Shown: in pieces, positions 48,812 to 59,420 of the stretch | How positions within the stretch are numbered: position 1 is the stretch's first letter | Layout: each line of letters starts with the position of its first letter | Origin: Candidatus Omnitrophota bacterium | Lineage (GTDB): Bacteria; Omnitrophota; Gorgyraeia; Tantalellales; Tantalellaceae | Direction: 5' to 3' | NCBI GenBank assembly: GCA_015231405.1 | Contig: JADGBR010000008.1 | Span: 25,216-89,215, forward strand | DNA: 64,000 nt | Translations under genes and position numbers: made by a program | The notes under the pieces: model-generated | Database searches by the model: none | What the model was told of the DNA's origin: nothing | What the model saw: the letters and a program-made list of their open reading frames with translations, nothing else

Positions 48812-49909
48812 ATGAAAAGAAATATACTGATCACGACTCCTTCTCTCGAATATACGGGCGGTGTTGCGAATTATTTTAAGGCTCTACTGCCGGTTCTTGA
48901 AAACAATGAGCACTTTGAGTTCTCTTTTTTGTTCGTTGGGACAGGCCAAGGAGGCGATCATAAATTCCATTGGATAAGGGATCAGATCCGGTTTTATAAA
49001 ACATTGAAAAATAATAGGTTTGATTTGATACATATAAACCCTTCTTTGGATCTAAAGAGTTTTATTAGGGACGGACTTTTTATTCTATGGAGCAGGAAGT
49101 TTAGAAGACCAGTACTGGTCTTCTTTCATGGTTGGGACATGCGATTTGAACAAGTTATAAGAAAAGTGTTCTGGTATTTTATGAGGAGGACTTATTTGAG
49201 GGCTGATGCGTTTGTAGTCCTTGGGAGTGTATTTCAGAAAAAAATACTGCAATGGGGTGTTAAAAAGAAGATATATTCGGAAACAATGGTTGTTGATGAC
49301 AGCCTTATCGAAGGATTCTCATTGAAAGAAAAATATGAAAGGATATCAAATAATAAATTTCTACGTATATTATTTTTAGCAAGGCTTGAACTGAACAAGG
49401 GGGTTATTGAGTCAATAGATGCTTTTTCCGAATTGATCAATTCGGGTTATAAAGCCTCTTTGACCATTTGCGGTGACGGGGTAGCTATGAAAGCCGCGAA
49501 GTCTAGGGCGGGAGAATTGGGTCTGTCTGACAAAATAGTTTTCACAGGGTATGTTAAAGGTGAGCTTAAAAAAAAATATTTCGCAGAGAATGATGTATTC
49601 TGTTTTCCTACTTACTATGAGGGGATGCCGAATTGTGTTTTAGAAGCGATGGCTTTTGGCATGCCTGTGATTACATGTTCAGTAGGCGGGATTAAGGACT
49701 TCTTTAAGGATGGTGAGATGGGCTATTTCGTTAAAGTAAGGGATTCCAGAAGTGTCGCTCTAGCGCTTCAAAAGTTAATCGAAGATAAGAATAAGATATT
49801 TTCGATGGGTAAATATAACCATTCGTATGCACTTGAGTATTTCTTATCATCAAATGTTGCAAAAAGATTGTTAGCTATCTACACACAAACGATTGACCGA
49901 AAATCATAA
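48812..49909 (+). CDS. Glycosyltransferase family 4
   Basis: GGVA, LFLARL...KG, EGMPNCVLEAMAFGMPVI. Confidence 0.92.
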   Translation: MKRNILITTPSLEYTGGVANYFKALLPVLENNEHFEFSFLFVGTGQGGDHKFHWIRDQIRFYKTLKNNRFDLIHINPSLDLKSFIRDGLFILWSRKFRRPVLVFFHGWDMRFEQVIRKVFWYFMRRTYLRADAFVVLGSVFQKKILQWGVKKKIYSETMVVDDSLIEGFSLKEKYERISNNKFLRILFLARLELNKGVIESIDAFSELINSGYKASLTICGDGVAMKAAKSRAGELGLSDKIVFTGYVKGELKKKYFAENDVFCFPTYYEGMPNCVLEAMAFGMPVITCSVGGIKDFFKDGEMGYFVKVRDSRSVALALQKLIEDKNKIFSMGKYNHSYALEYFLSSNVAKRLLAIYTQTIDRKS

Positions 49910-49923
49910 TTGGGAATGTTTCT

Positions 49924-50706
49924 ATGACTAGAGTCCTCGGGATAGAGATTGTTAGCGATTCATTGGAAGGGGTTGTCGGTAAGATCGTTTGCAATTGCAG
50001 GAAAAATGGAAAAGAAAATAAAATAATCAGTGCCACTGATGCGACTGAGATAGTATTGGCAAACAAGGATCCGAAGTTTCATGAAGTGTTGAGCTCTTTC
50101 GAAATGCGTCTTCCCGATGGTATGGCCAGTATATGGGTAGCACGGCTCAAAGGCGATATAAAAGCACAAAGATGTTCCGGCGCAGACTTTTTTGAGATGG
50201 TCTTGCGCAACTCGTCGACTGAGTCGATTAATCATTTCTTTGTTGGCGGTAAGCCTGAATTATTGGAAAAGTTAAGAGCAATATGCGAAAATAAGTTTAA
50301 AAACACAAATATCGTTGGGATGTTCTCTCCGCCATTCGGAGACATAAGCAATGAGAGTATTGTGGATATGGCGTCTGTGATCAATAACAGTTTTGCAGAC
50401 ATTGTATGGGTGTTTTTGGGTACGCCAAAACAATGCTACTTCGCTTCGAAGTTGTCTAAATATACGAAAGTTAAATATATCATTACAGTTGGGGCAGCGA
50501 TAGATTTTATTACTAAAAATGTCACTCGTGCGCCAAGAATCATCCAATTACTAGGTCTGGAATGGGTGTTCAGAGTAATGATGGAGCCTCAAAGATTACT
50601 TCGGCGGTATTTGAATACGGTCTTATTGTTTTTTTTCTTTTCACTTAGAGAATTGCTTCAAGTACTTAAAATTAAATTCCTTAAAAGTGTAATAAATCAG
50701 AAATAA
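49924..50706 (+). CDS. WecG/TagA/CpsF glycosyltransferase (GT26)
   Basis: PDG, GADF, SPPF, VFLGTPKQ, VGAAIDF, RAP...GLEWVFR..EPQRL. Confidence 0.92.
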   Translation: MTRVLGIEIVSDSLEGVVGKIVCNCRKNGKENKIISATDATEIVLANKDPKFHEVLSSFEMRLPDGMASIWVARLKGDIKAQRCSGADFFEMVLRNSSTESINHFFVGGKPELLEKLRAICENKFKNTNIVGMFSPPFGDISNESIVDMASVINNSFADIVWVFLGTPKQCYFASKLSKYTKVKYIITVGAAIDFITKNVTRAPRIIQLLGLEWVFRVMMEPQRLLRRYLNTVLLFFFFSLRELLQVLKIKFLKSVINQK

Positions 50707-50715
50707 AAGAGTAAT

Positions 50716-51828
50716 ATGAATCGAAAAAAGATAAAATTATGTTTTTTTTCACCGATGGCATATCCTCTATTTAAGAAGACTAATGGGAACCATGGCGGTG
50801 CGGAAGTAGATCTTTATTTAATATCGACGGAGATCGCAAAAAATGATAGGTATTCCGTTAGTCTTTTGGTCGGTGATTATGGGCAGGAGCCCTTGGAATT
50901 AATCGAAAATGTACGATTAATAAAGCTCAAATATGAAAGTATGAAAACCGAGAAATCCTTAATTAGGAAAATCCTTAAAAGGTTGTACTTAGTGACGGTT
51001 TTGGTGAAATATCGTTTTGATCTGTATTTTCTGGAGGCAATGTCTGAGCACTTAGGTTATATTGTATTTATCGGAAAAATGCTCGGGAATGGCAAAGTTA
51101 TATACCGAACAGCGAGTGATCTAGATTACGAGTATCTGGAATATTTACATGGATTTGAACGATCGTTATTTGGTTTTGCAATTCAACATACGGATATTCT
51201 CATTTCACAGCATGTTGGTCAGAAAGAGCGTTGGGAAAATAAACTAAAAATGAGGTCAATTGTCGTTGAGAATGGATTCAGAATAACCTCATCGAATATC
51301 GCCTGTAAGGAATATTTTCTCTGGGTTGGCAGAGCTGATAAATTAAAGAGGCCTGACTTATTTCTGGATATTGCGATGAAACTGCCAGGAAAAAAGTTTG
51401 TAATGATAATCCCCGGTGAAAACCCATTGAGTGAACGAATTCGGACACGGGCGATTGGGATGGATAACGTTATTTATTCAAGCGGTATAAGTTTTTTTGA
51501 TATCCAGGACTATTACAACGGAGCAAAATGCTTGATAAATACTTCCCAATTCGAAGGGTTCCCGAACACCTTTATCCAGGCTTTTCTTGGGAAAACCCCT
51601 GTTTTAAGCTTTTTAGTGAATCCCGGCAATATAATCGATGATTTTAATCTCGGGCTTTGTTGCAGGGACGATATCGATCAAGCGATTGATTTTATAAATA
51701 ACCTGGATGATCAAGTGATAATGAAATTAGGTGAAAATGCCTTTCGGTATGTTAATGAAAGACACGACATAAGACAAAAAGTGTCCTTGTACACCGAGAT
51801 GATCGATACTTTAGTGGGAGAAAAATAA
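50716..51828 (+). CDS. Glycosyltransferase family 4
   Basis: GGAE, WVGR...KRP, EGFPNTFIQA. Confidence 0.88.
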   Translation: MNRKKIKLCFFSPMAYPLFKKTNGNHGGAEVDLYLISTEIAKNDRYSVSLLVGDYGQEPLELIENVRLIKLKYESMKTEKSLIRKILKRLYLVTVLVKYRFDLYFLEAMSEHLGYIVFIGKMLGNGKVIYRTASDLDYEYLEYLHGFERSLFGFAIQHTDILISQHVGQKERWENKLKMRSIVVENGFRITSSNIACKEYFLWVGRADKLKRPDLFLDIAMKLPGKKFVMIIPGENPLSERIRTRAIGMDNVIYSSGISFFDIQDYYNGAKCLINTSQFEGFPNTFIQAFLGKTPVLSFLVNPGNIIDDFNLGLCCRDDIDQAIDFINNLDDQVIMKLGENAFRYVNERHDIRQKVSLYTEMIDTLVGEK

Positions 51829-51831
51829 TTC

Positions 51832-53226
51832 ATGAAGAGTCTTAGATCTTTGGTTGTATTGATATTAGTTGTTGCTGGTGGTGCTATTCTGAGCCATCAT
51901 CTGATCGAAAAGAACCTTTTGTTGTTCATGATTGCTTTGTTGTTTGGTACTCTTATTTATCTTTTTTTTTATGATAAGCCAATTAATGCCCTTTCCTTTT
52001 ACATTCTGCTTCTGCCATTCGCTGGAACATACCTGTTTAACTGCAAATTATTGCCGGTGCCGGGTGGTAAAGTCATAATACTATTGTTTTTCTTTATGCT
52101 GCTTGTTTGCCTGCTAAACATAAAGAAGTTTAACAGGCTTCATCCTAAGGTGATTTCCTTCATTGTTTTTATATTCTTTGTTGAGATCGTGTGTCATCTC
52201 AGGGGATTGGAAAACTTAAAAAGTCTTTCTTTCTTTTTCGGTGAGCCGTTGGAGCCTCTGAACTTTATTTTGTCATATTTATTAAAACCGTTTACATTTT
52301 TTTTCCCCTTTGTAATGATACTTTTATTCTGTAAAAATGATGAGGAATTGCGCGTTTTGAACAAATATTTAAAGCTATCTGTAACAATATTTGCTTTCTC
52401 GATCTTTTTCTATTATCTCTTTTTTGTGGGAAATAAGAGCAGTATTGACGATGTCCGCTATGAGTTATCGGTTTTTGTCGGCGTTCATTCAAATGAATTC
52501 ACACGTATTCTGACGATGACGGTTTTGTTCTTTTTTGTGGATCTGCTGCATAACCCAAAATCGATCAAAATAATTGTCCCTTTTATAATGCTTATTTCCG
52601 TTGTCATGATCTCATATTCCCGAACGGCATATCTAATTATTGTTTTGGAGATCTTTTTATTCCTGTTGTTAAGTGGACGAAAAAAATATTTGCCTTTCCT
52701 ATTCTTTATATTTATATTTATTGCTTTACTTGTTCCAACCACGATCAAAGAAAGGGTGTCGTATGGTGTTAATAACGATGATATTTCGGCCGGAAGGGTT
52801 CAGAACATATGGATGCCGCTAATAAACGAGTATGTGAATGATCCTCGAAAACTCTTCCTGGGTGCTGGTATAGGTGGGATAGTATTAACTCAGTCATTCA
52901 AGAGAAATTTAATGCTCGATGTCGGGCACGCACATAACATGTTCCTGACGTTCATTGTCGATAATGGGATTATTTTGCTTATAGTTCTGCTGTACTTGTA
53001 TTATTCGATCATAAAGCTAATTTGGATCGATACGAAAAACGCTAATGTATCACTTTCAAAAGATTACAATATTTCAATCATAGTTATAATTGTTTGTTAT
53101 TTCGTTTCGGGTATGACTGATCAGTCGTTGTTGCCAACCTACCCTAATTATATTTTATGGGTAATCATGGGGATAGCCTTAATTAACAGTAATATAGCCA
53201 AAGACAACAATAAAATAAGATATTGA
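51832..53226 (+). CDS. Wzy polymerase / O-antigen ligase family membrane protein
   Basis: More than 10 TMs, SYSRTAY, GRVQNIW, GAGIG, HAHNMFL. Confidence 0.85.
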   Translation: MKSLRSLVVLILVVAGGAILSHHLIEKNLLLFMIALLFGTLIYLFFYDKPINALSFYILLLPFAGTYLFNCKLLPVPGGKVIILLFFFMLLVCLLNIKKFNRLHPKVISFIVFIFFVEIVCHLRGLENLKSLSFFFGEPLEPLNFILSYLLKPFTFFFPFVMILLFCKNDEELRVLNKYLKLSVTIFAFSIFFYYLFFVGNKSSIDDVRYELSVFVGVHSNEFTRILTMTVLFFFVDLLHNPKSIKIIVPFIMLISVVMISYSRTAYLIIVLEIFLFLLLSGRKKYLPFLFFIFIFIALLVPTTIKERVSYGVNNDDISAGRVQNIWMPLINEYVNDPRKLFLGAGIGGIVLTQSFKRNLMLDVGHAHNMFLTFIVDNGIILLIVLLYLYYSIIKLIWIDTKNANVSLSKDYNISIIVIIVCYFVSGMTDQSLLPTYPNYILWVIMGIALINSNIAKDNNKIRY

Positions 53227-53245
53227 ACATACAAGATACCCCACA

Positions 53246-54202
53246 ATGTTTAAAACTGGTATTCATAACTTATCGGGTCTAACAAAGTTTACACTAACGG
53301 ACATATTCGGCAGTTCAAGAAATATCTATATAGGATTATATGATCAGGTCGGTCGCTTGGATCGAGTGGATATTCCGTCTTTGCAGGAAAAGATACTCAA
53401 TGATATTAGGTATCGTAACGTATTTAAGAGAACCTATCAAAATCGTTTCGATGAATTTGATAATATCTGCATAGATGCAATGAAGCATTTTATTATTTCT
53501 TCGAATAAGGTATTGGTCCATGATCTGGCAGTATCCGATGGTAGGACGTCGTATGATTTCTATAAATTATTGATTAAACAATCCCCGGGAGAGATCATCT
53601 ATTTCGCATCAGATATATTGCCATATGTTTTCGAGATTTCAACGGTGGGGAGTAGGGTAAAAACGATCATTGATAAGGGGCAGAATGTTATTCAGGTTAT
53701 TTTTCCTCCATTTGTATTTAATGAGTTCAGCCAAGATAATAAACTCTATTTTATCAACCTAATGCTTAAATATGTTATCGATAGAACCGTGGTAAAAGCT
53801 CAGCTGCGGGATGTGAGAAATAATGAGGCGAAGCTGGTAATTAAAAAGATCTATTTGGTCGATAAAAAGTGCAGGGATCTAATGAGCGTGGACCATAACT
53901 TTAGTTTTGAAAGTTACGATATATTCGATCGGGCAACAAGACAAGTCAATATTGTCAGGGCTATGAACATATTGAATCCGACTTATTTCCCGCAAAGCGA
54001 TATCAAAATAATATTGAGGAATATTCATGATTCATTGTTAGTTGACGGTTATTTAATAGTCGGTTCTAATGGGGATAAAGGCAGTTGTGTGGATGGCGGA
54101 ATTTATCAGAAAATGAATACTGGGTTTATATCCCTTAGACATGCCGCAGTTCCTTCGCGGATCAATCAGGTTATTATTGATTTTGACCGAACGGAGTTAT
54201 GA
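53246..54202 (+). CDS. Hypothetical protein with a methyltransferase-like (CheR-like) fold
   Basis: VHDLAVSDG, ASD, YDIF, IVRAMNILN..YF, LLVDGYLIVG. Confidence 0.55.
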   Translation: MFKTGIHNLSGLTKFTLTDIFGSSRNIYIGLYDQVGRLDRVDIPSLQEKILNDIRYRNVFKRTYQNRFDEFDNICIDAMKHFIISSNKVLVHDLAVSDGRTSYDFYKLLIKQSPGEIIYFASDILPYVFEISTVGSRVKTIIDKGQNVIQVIFPPFVFNEFSQDNKLYFINLMLKYVIDRTVVKAQLRDVRNNEAKLVIKKIYLVDKKCRDLMSVDHNFSFESYDIFDRATRQVNIVRAMNILNPTYFPQSDIKIILRNIHDSLLVDGYLIVGSNGDKGSCVDGGIYQKMNTGFISLRHAAVPSRINQVIIDFDRTEL

Positions 54203-54290
54203 ATATTGAGTGATCATTACTCGGTTGGGGACGTTGTTCTGGTATGACCGGCAATGGCTTGTGTCGCCGGAAATATTGGTAATGATTGAG

Positions 54291-55421
54291 ATGAAAAAAA
54301 ATAAAATATTGTTGGTAGTGCCCGAGATCTCAGGCGGCGGAGCCGAAAAAGTCATGTGCCTTCTGGCCCGGCATCTCGATAAAACTAAATTTACTATCAC
54401 TTTGATCGTATTCGGGTGTCAAGACCAATGTTTTCAAGCTATTAAGGATGTTACCGTCGTATTCCTTGGCAAGAAGAATATGTGGGGATTTTTTAAAGTG
54501 ATACTATCACTGCGGAGTATTATCGATAGTTATCATCCTGAAGTGGTATTAAGTTTCTTGTATTATTCAAATATAAGTGTTACTTTAGCGCAGGCATTAT
54601 CCTTTAATAAACCCAAGTTGATCTTATCTGCAAGAAATTACAATGAAGTAGGGGCTTCTAGGTTTAAGTTCCTGAAATTGTACTTGTTAAAATATGCTTA
54701 TACTAAGGCTGATATGGTAATCGCCAATGCTGAAAAGTTAAATTATCTTCTTAGGGAAGAAAATAAGGATAAAAGTGAGAAGTTTTTAACGATATATAAT
54801 CCGATTGATACTCATGAAATAGACGTCAAGAGCCAAGAGGGTGTCGAGGACTATGTGCCTCGTAATAACAATTTCCCAAGGATAATCACAGTTGGTCGAC
54901 TCGAAAAACAAAAAAGGCAAGATATCCTTCTTGCGGCCATATCAGAAATATTACACAGCTATAATATACCGATCAATTTGTTGATAATGGGGGAGGGCAG
55001 CTTGAAGAGAAAACTGATCATTTTGGCTAAATCTCTTGGAATTGAGAATAATGTTGATTTTATCGGTTTTAAGCTCAACCCATACCCGTTGATAAAGCAG
55101 AGTGATATATTTGTGTTATCATCAGATCATGAAGGATTCCCAAATGTACTTTTAGAGGCTATGGCATGCGGAACTCCAGTTATCTCAACTGATTGTAATT
55201 CAGGTCCCAATGAAATCATAACAGATGGCCAGGACGGGTTACTTGTGCCAGTCGGTGATAGTACAACGATGGCTAAGAAGATCGTTCAATTATTGTCAGA
55301 TGAAAACACAAGAAAGCTCTTTGCCGAAAAAGGTCTGCAAAAAGCGAATAAGTTTTCCGTTAAGAGTATAATTCCTCAGTACGAAAAAGCGATATTGAAT
55401 GTAATTGGTGAAGATAAATGA
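54291..55421 (+). CDS. Glycosyltransferase family 4
   Basis: GGGAEK, IYNP, VGRLEKQK, EGFPNVLLEAMACGTPVISTD. Confidence 0.92.
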   Translation: MKKNKILLVVPEISGGGAEKVMCLLARHLDKTKFTITLIVFGCQDQCFQAIKDVTVVFLGKKNMWGFFKVILSLRSIIDSYHPEVVLSFLYYSNISVTLAQALSFNKPKLILSARNYNEVGASRFKFLKLYLLKYAYTKADMVIANAEKLNYLLREENKDKSEKFLTIYNPIDTHEIDVKSQEGVEDYVPRNNNFPRIITVGRLEKQKRQDILLAAISEILHSYNIPINLLIMGEGSLKRKLIILAKSLGIENNVDFIGFKLNPYPLIKQSDIFVLSSDHEGFPNVLLEAMACGTPVISTDCNSGPNEIITDGQDGLLVPVGDSTTMAKKIVQLLSDENTRKLFAEKGLQKANKFSVKSIIPQYEKAILNVIGEDK

Positions 55422-55423
55422 AA

Positions 55424-57205
55424 TCACGTGTTCTTTTTGCTTGACTCAATATACTGCTTATGGTACTTACCGTAAGAATAATATGAGTGTGCCGAAAAAG
55501 AAGATGATCTGATCCCGTTGAGTATCCCACCGAGAACCGGAATATTTAACTCGTTAAAGCGGTTAATACAACGTGTTATAATATCGAGGCTTGCGAAATT
55601 GTACCGGATAACAAAAAGAATTTGATTGAGAATCTTTCCGAGAACGGCGGAATCGGCAATTATGTAGGCCGGAGGACTGTCGATAATCAGCATATCGCAT
55701 TTTTGAAGAAGAATCTTAATCGTATTTTTCATCCTGTCTGTATCGAAAAGTTCAGTAGGGTTTGAGACGTGTTTTCCGGCGGGAATTATAGAAATGGCCG
55801 AGCCTGGCAAGGTCACCAGTACGTCAGAGAGTTCTAGTGTCTGATCAGTTAAGTAATCTGATAAGCCGGTATGTTTTTCCAGGCTTAGGAAGTTAGAAAG
55901 ACCGCCTATCCGTATGTCACCGTCGATAAGTATGGTCTTTTTGCCGTCATTTGAAAATGCCGTCGCCAATGACAAAGCGACAAATGATTTTCCCTCATTT
56001 GGGAGACTACCGGTAAGCACGAAACCGTTGAGGTGCGACTTTTGCATGGCGAATGTTAGGTTCGTTCGGATCATTCTTAGGCTTTCGTTGATCTCAAAGG
56101 AATTGCTGATAAGGTTCTGGATGTCATAGATATTGGCGATTTTAAACTTCTTTTCTATGTTTGGTATACCTCCGATATTTGGGATTTTAAGAGAGAGTTC
56201 AATGATGTGTGAGTCCTTTATCGTCCTGGAAGATGTTTCGATGAGTATGATAACGACTAATCCAAGAAGGATCCCGGAAAAGATCGATAAGATGAGAGTT
56301 ACCATTACTTTTGGTTTAATAGGGTATTTGGAGACTTCGGCGTAATCAACTATCTTCACGTTATTAGCCTGCATTACGCCTGTGAGTTCAGCTTTAACGT
56401 TTAATAATACTTTTTCGGTTTCCTTCAATATGCTGGTATCGACTATGTCTTTCTGGTTAAAAAGAGCAACCATTTTAGGGTGTTTTGGCTTATAGCGGTT
56501 CGCCAGACCGGCAATCTCTGATTCAAGCTTTATCTGTTCTGTTTTGAGATTTTGGATAACGGGGTTTTCAACTATCTGAGGAAAAGTTTCATAGATTTTG
56601 CTGTTTATCTTTCCCTTTGAAATGTCCTTGAGCTGTTCAGACATTTGGCTAAGCGCGGTTGGATCTGGAATTAGTTTCAGCATCTCTTTAGACATAAACA
56701 ACATGTTTTCAAGGTTTTGCTCAACGAATTGGGTCGCGAGCATATTTGCGAATTTGGCTGCCATTACCGGGTCAGGGAAATCTATGCTAATTTCCACAAG
56801 TCTGCTATTTTTTATGGGTTTGATATCGATGAGCCCGAGGAAAATATCTGCTGGTTTCGATCCTGGTTGTTGAAAATAATTCTGTGATGAAAGATTCAAA
56901 AGGCTAACCACCCGCTCTGCAAGAGATTTGCTTTTTAGTATTTCGTACTGTGTGTTGTAGTAGTCATCGTCGAAAAGGGTTAAGGATAAGTAGTCTTGCC
57001 TGTCAGACAAAGAGGATTTTGAGGGCTTTTCTATCAAAAGTAACACAGTGGACCTGAAAATGGGGGTAGTAGTTTTCAAATAGACGAAGGCGCCGATAAG
57101 AAAGGAAATGACGATGACACAAAACAGCAACTTATGAACGAAAAGATAAGTGAGAATCGTCTGGGGATCAAGGGCTTCTTCTAACTTGTGTTTATTGTTG
57201 TCCAT
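55424..57205 (-). CDS. wzc: Polysaccharide co-polymerase / BY tyrosine kinase
   Basis: Two TMs, periplasmic coiled coil, Walker A PNEGKS, IDGDIR, IIDSPP, C-terminal Tyr cluster SYYSYGKYHKQY. Confidence 0.92.
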   Translation of the reverse strand: MDNNKHKLEEALDPQTILTYLFVHKLLFCVIVISFLIGAFVYLKTTTPIFRSTVLLLIEKPSKSSLSDRQDYLSLTLFDDDYYNTQYEILKSKSLAERVVSLLNLSSQNYFQQPGSKPADIFLGLIDIKPIKNSRLVEISIDFPDPVMAAKFANMLATQFVEQNLENMLFMSKEMLKLIPDPTALSQMSEQLKDISKGKINSKIYETFPQIVENPVIQNLKTEQIKLESEIAGLANRYKPKHPKMVALFNQKDIVDTSILKETEKVLLNVKAELTGVMQANNVKIVDYAEVSKYPIKPKVMVTLILSIFSGILLGLVVIILIETSSRTIKDSHIIELSLKIPNIGGIPNIEKKFKIANIYDIQNLISNSFEINESLRMIRTNLTFAMQKSHLNGFVLTGSLPNEGKSFVALSLATAFSNDGKKTILIDGDIRIGGLSNFLSLEKHTGLSDYLTDQTLELSDVLVTLPGSAISIIPAGKHVSNPTELFDTDRMKNTIKILLQKCDMLIIDSPPAYIIADSAVLGKILNQILFVIRYNFASLDIITRCINRFNELNIPVLGGILNGIRSSSFSAHSYYSYGKYHKQYIESSKKNT

Positions 57206-57213
57206 ATTAGTCT

Positions 57214-57792
57214 TTAGAAGGAACTTTCCGGGACAATGATTATGTCACTTTTTTCAATGTCGATGTCTTCGGCTTGGCCCTTAAGAACGAGTTTTAAATT
57301 GGGATCAAGCGCTTTTTTTTCACCGTCTGGCATGGTCCTAATAATTTTTGTGCCGTTAGGGTTAGCATATCTATCGAAACCCCCGGCTATCGCTATTGCT
57401 TCAAGTGTATTGATCGTTTTATCTTCCGGTAGAGCGTAAGAACCGGGTTTTGTGACATTTCCCATTACGGTGAAAGTACGGTTGGTAGATGTTCCGATCG
57501 AAGCAGATACACTCGGATTGACTAGATAATCAGCTTCAAGCAATTGGCTGATCTTTTTTGAAACTCCGAGAGTTGACAAACCCTCGACGCTGACAGATCC
57601 AAGAAGCGGGAATTCGATAGTTCCGTTGTTCCTTACCTGATAAGCTCCCGAAAGGTCTTCCTCTCGGTACACGGTTATTTTAAGTTCGTCTCCTGTTTGG
57701 ACAGTCTGTATCTTTTCGGTAGCATTACCTGAAACAAAGGATAACGCAAGAAAACAGAGTAAGAAAGAACTGACAAACAAAAAAATTTTCAT
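57214..57792 (-). CDS. wza: Polysaccharide export protein (short OPX/Wza: Poly_export plus SLBB)
   Basis: GDELKITVY, GTIEFPLLG, VMGNVTKPG, EAIAIAGG, DIIIVPESSF. Confidence 0.9.
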   Translation of the reverse strand: MKIFLFVSSFLLCFLALSFVSGNATEKIQTVQTGDELKITVYREEDLSGAYQVRNNGTIEFPLLGSVSVEGLSTLGVSKKISQLLEADYLVNPSVSASIGTSTNRTFTVMGNVTKPGSYALPEDKTINTLEAIAIAGGFDRYANPNGTKIIRTMPDGEKKALDPNLKLVLKGQAEDIDIEKSDIIIVPESSF

Positions 57793-59420
57793 GTTTTTTG
57801 ATAGAGGTTAAAAAGCTCATCAACTTTAAGTTCCAATACGAATCGGTTCTCCTTAATGTTCGCGCTGTCAAGGTTAGAATCCCTGCATGAGAGGGAATAC
57901 TTGAAATTAAGGAACATGTTCTGTAACAGTCTGTATTCTAAAAGGGTACCCAATAAGAAATAATTGTCAATTTGTTTTTTAAAAAGACCCGATGTCGATG
58001 TGTTTGTAGAAGGGGTCGTTCTTTTGTAAAGTCCGCTTATCGTGAATTGCAGGTCTGGGGAAAACAAACATTGCGAAAGGGTGGTGGCGATGCTTGAGTA
58101 GCGGGAATAGATTCCGGGCGCAGAATCGACTATGCCCTCGCTGGTACTAATATTATAGAAAGTTGTTTTTGTGGGAGTAAGTTTGTAGTCCGCATTAAAT
58201 TCCAGGCCGCTGAAGTTCTTGTAATCGTTAAAATGTGACCGTTCAGTGAACCCTAGTGATGTTCCGACAAAATGATTTTTGCGAGGTTTTGTTAGCATGC
58301 TTAGTGCGACACCATTGGAGTAATAGTTGGGGTCTTTCTGGTTATAGTAGTTCGCCGACTTAAAAGTATAAAAGAGCTCGAATTCGGTCAGGAGGGAATG
58401 AGCGTATCTAATGGAAGGTGAGTAGGTATGTGAGAGAAGACTTGATTCGCGGCCGATCTTGTTGGTGGCGAAATTATTGTAGTAGTTCTCGTAAGCGAAA
58501 ATAAATGACGTCTTTGGGCTGATTTCATAGCTTAAAGATGGTCGAAACCTGTTATTGTTATACCACGATATCGCAGCCAATTGGTCTGTCCCGCCGGGTT
58601 CACTGCTTCCGATGGGTTTGTAACCGTCGAAAAAGTTCATCTTGAGTTTTTTGTTTGTAAAAAGGCTTGCATTGACGTTTACGTTGTTCTCAATACGGTT
58701 GAACTGAGGATAGTAGGAATAGTAATAGTGGTCGACAGAGTAGTCTAGAAAAAACCTGTTAATTTGGGTGTTGCTAAACGATAATACGGAAAGTTCGGAT
58801 TTGTTTATCAGTTCCTGTTTCCTATTGTTGCTCGTGTTGAATAGGTTATCGGTATAAATAAGCTCATTATCAGTGGCAGGGATAACGCCTCTTTTTCTTT
58901 CAAGCATTAAGATATTGATCCTTGACTTGATTTTTTCCAAGCGGTTTTTTGATAGAAGATCGCGAGGGACAATATTAAAATTTGTCTCGGCAAGGTCGCT
59001 GGTCTTATAGTCAACTTTGGAGAAAGAACTGTCCTCAATATCTTTTTTGAATTGTTCGACATCTTCGGGGGTTGGTTCAGTTATTTCTCCGTTATTGTGT
59101 TCCTGTGCTAATTTTAGTGCCATGGTATCGGTCGCATAGTCGAGATTTGCAGATCGTGATGGGGAGTTTGAGCCTTGCCGTTTATCTTTTGGCAAAATTA
59201 ATTGTTTTGTTCTATGTTGAGGTCCGTTGGCGATTGAAGGCTGATCTGTTTCCTTGTTCTTAATTTTGTTGTCTAATTCGTTGATCTTCTTGTTTGTTTT
59301 GCTTAACAATTCGGTTAAGTTTAGATTTTTGTCGTTTGGCTCAAGACTGAAAGAAAATGGCGCGAACAATAGCAGGTAGAAGGTGGTAAAAAATATACGG
59401 TAAAGCTTAGATTTATGCAT
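57789..59420 (-). CDS. Outer-membrane beta-barrel associated with polysaccharide export
   Basis: Signal peptide; C-terminal ~360 aa of amphipathic, Tyr-rich beta strands; first gene of the barrel-wza-wzc operon. Confidence 0.65.
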   Translation of the reverse strand: MHKSKLYRIFFTTFYLLLFAPFSFSLEPNDKNLNLTELLSKTNKKINELDNKIKNKETDQPSIANGPQHRTKQLILPKDKRQGSNSPSRSANLDYATDTMALKLAQEHNNGEITEPTPEDVEQFKKDIEDSSFSKVDYKTSDLAETNFNIVPRDLLSKNRLEKIKSRINILMLERKRGVIPATDNELIYTDNLFNTSNNRKQELINKSELSVLSFSNTQINRFFLDYSVDHYYYSYYPQFNRIENNVNVNASLFTNKKLKMNFFDGYKPIGSSEPGGTDQLAAISWYNNNRFRPSLSYEISPKTSFIFAYENYYNNFATNKIGRESSLLSHTYSPSIRYAHSLLTEFELFYTFKSANYYNQKDPNYYSNGVALSMLTKPRKNHFVGTSLGFTERSHFNDYKNFSGLEFNADYKLTPTKTTFYNISTSEGIVDSAPGIYSRYSSIATTLSQCLFSPDLQFTISGLYKRTTPSTNTSTSGLFKKQIDNYFLLGTLLEYRLLQNMFLNFKYSLSCRDSNLDSANIKENRFVLELKVDELFNLYQKT

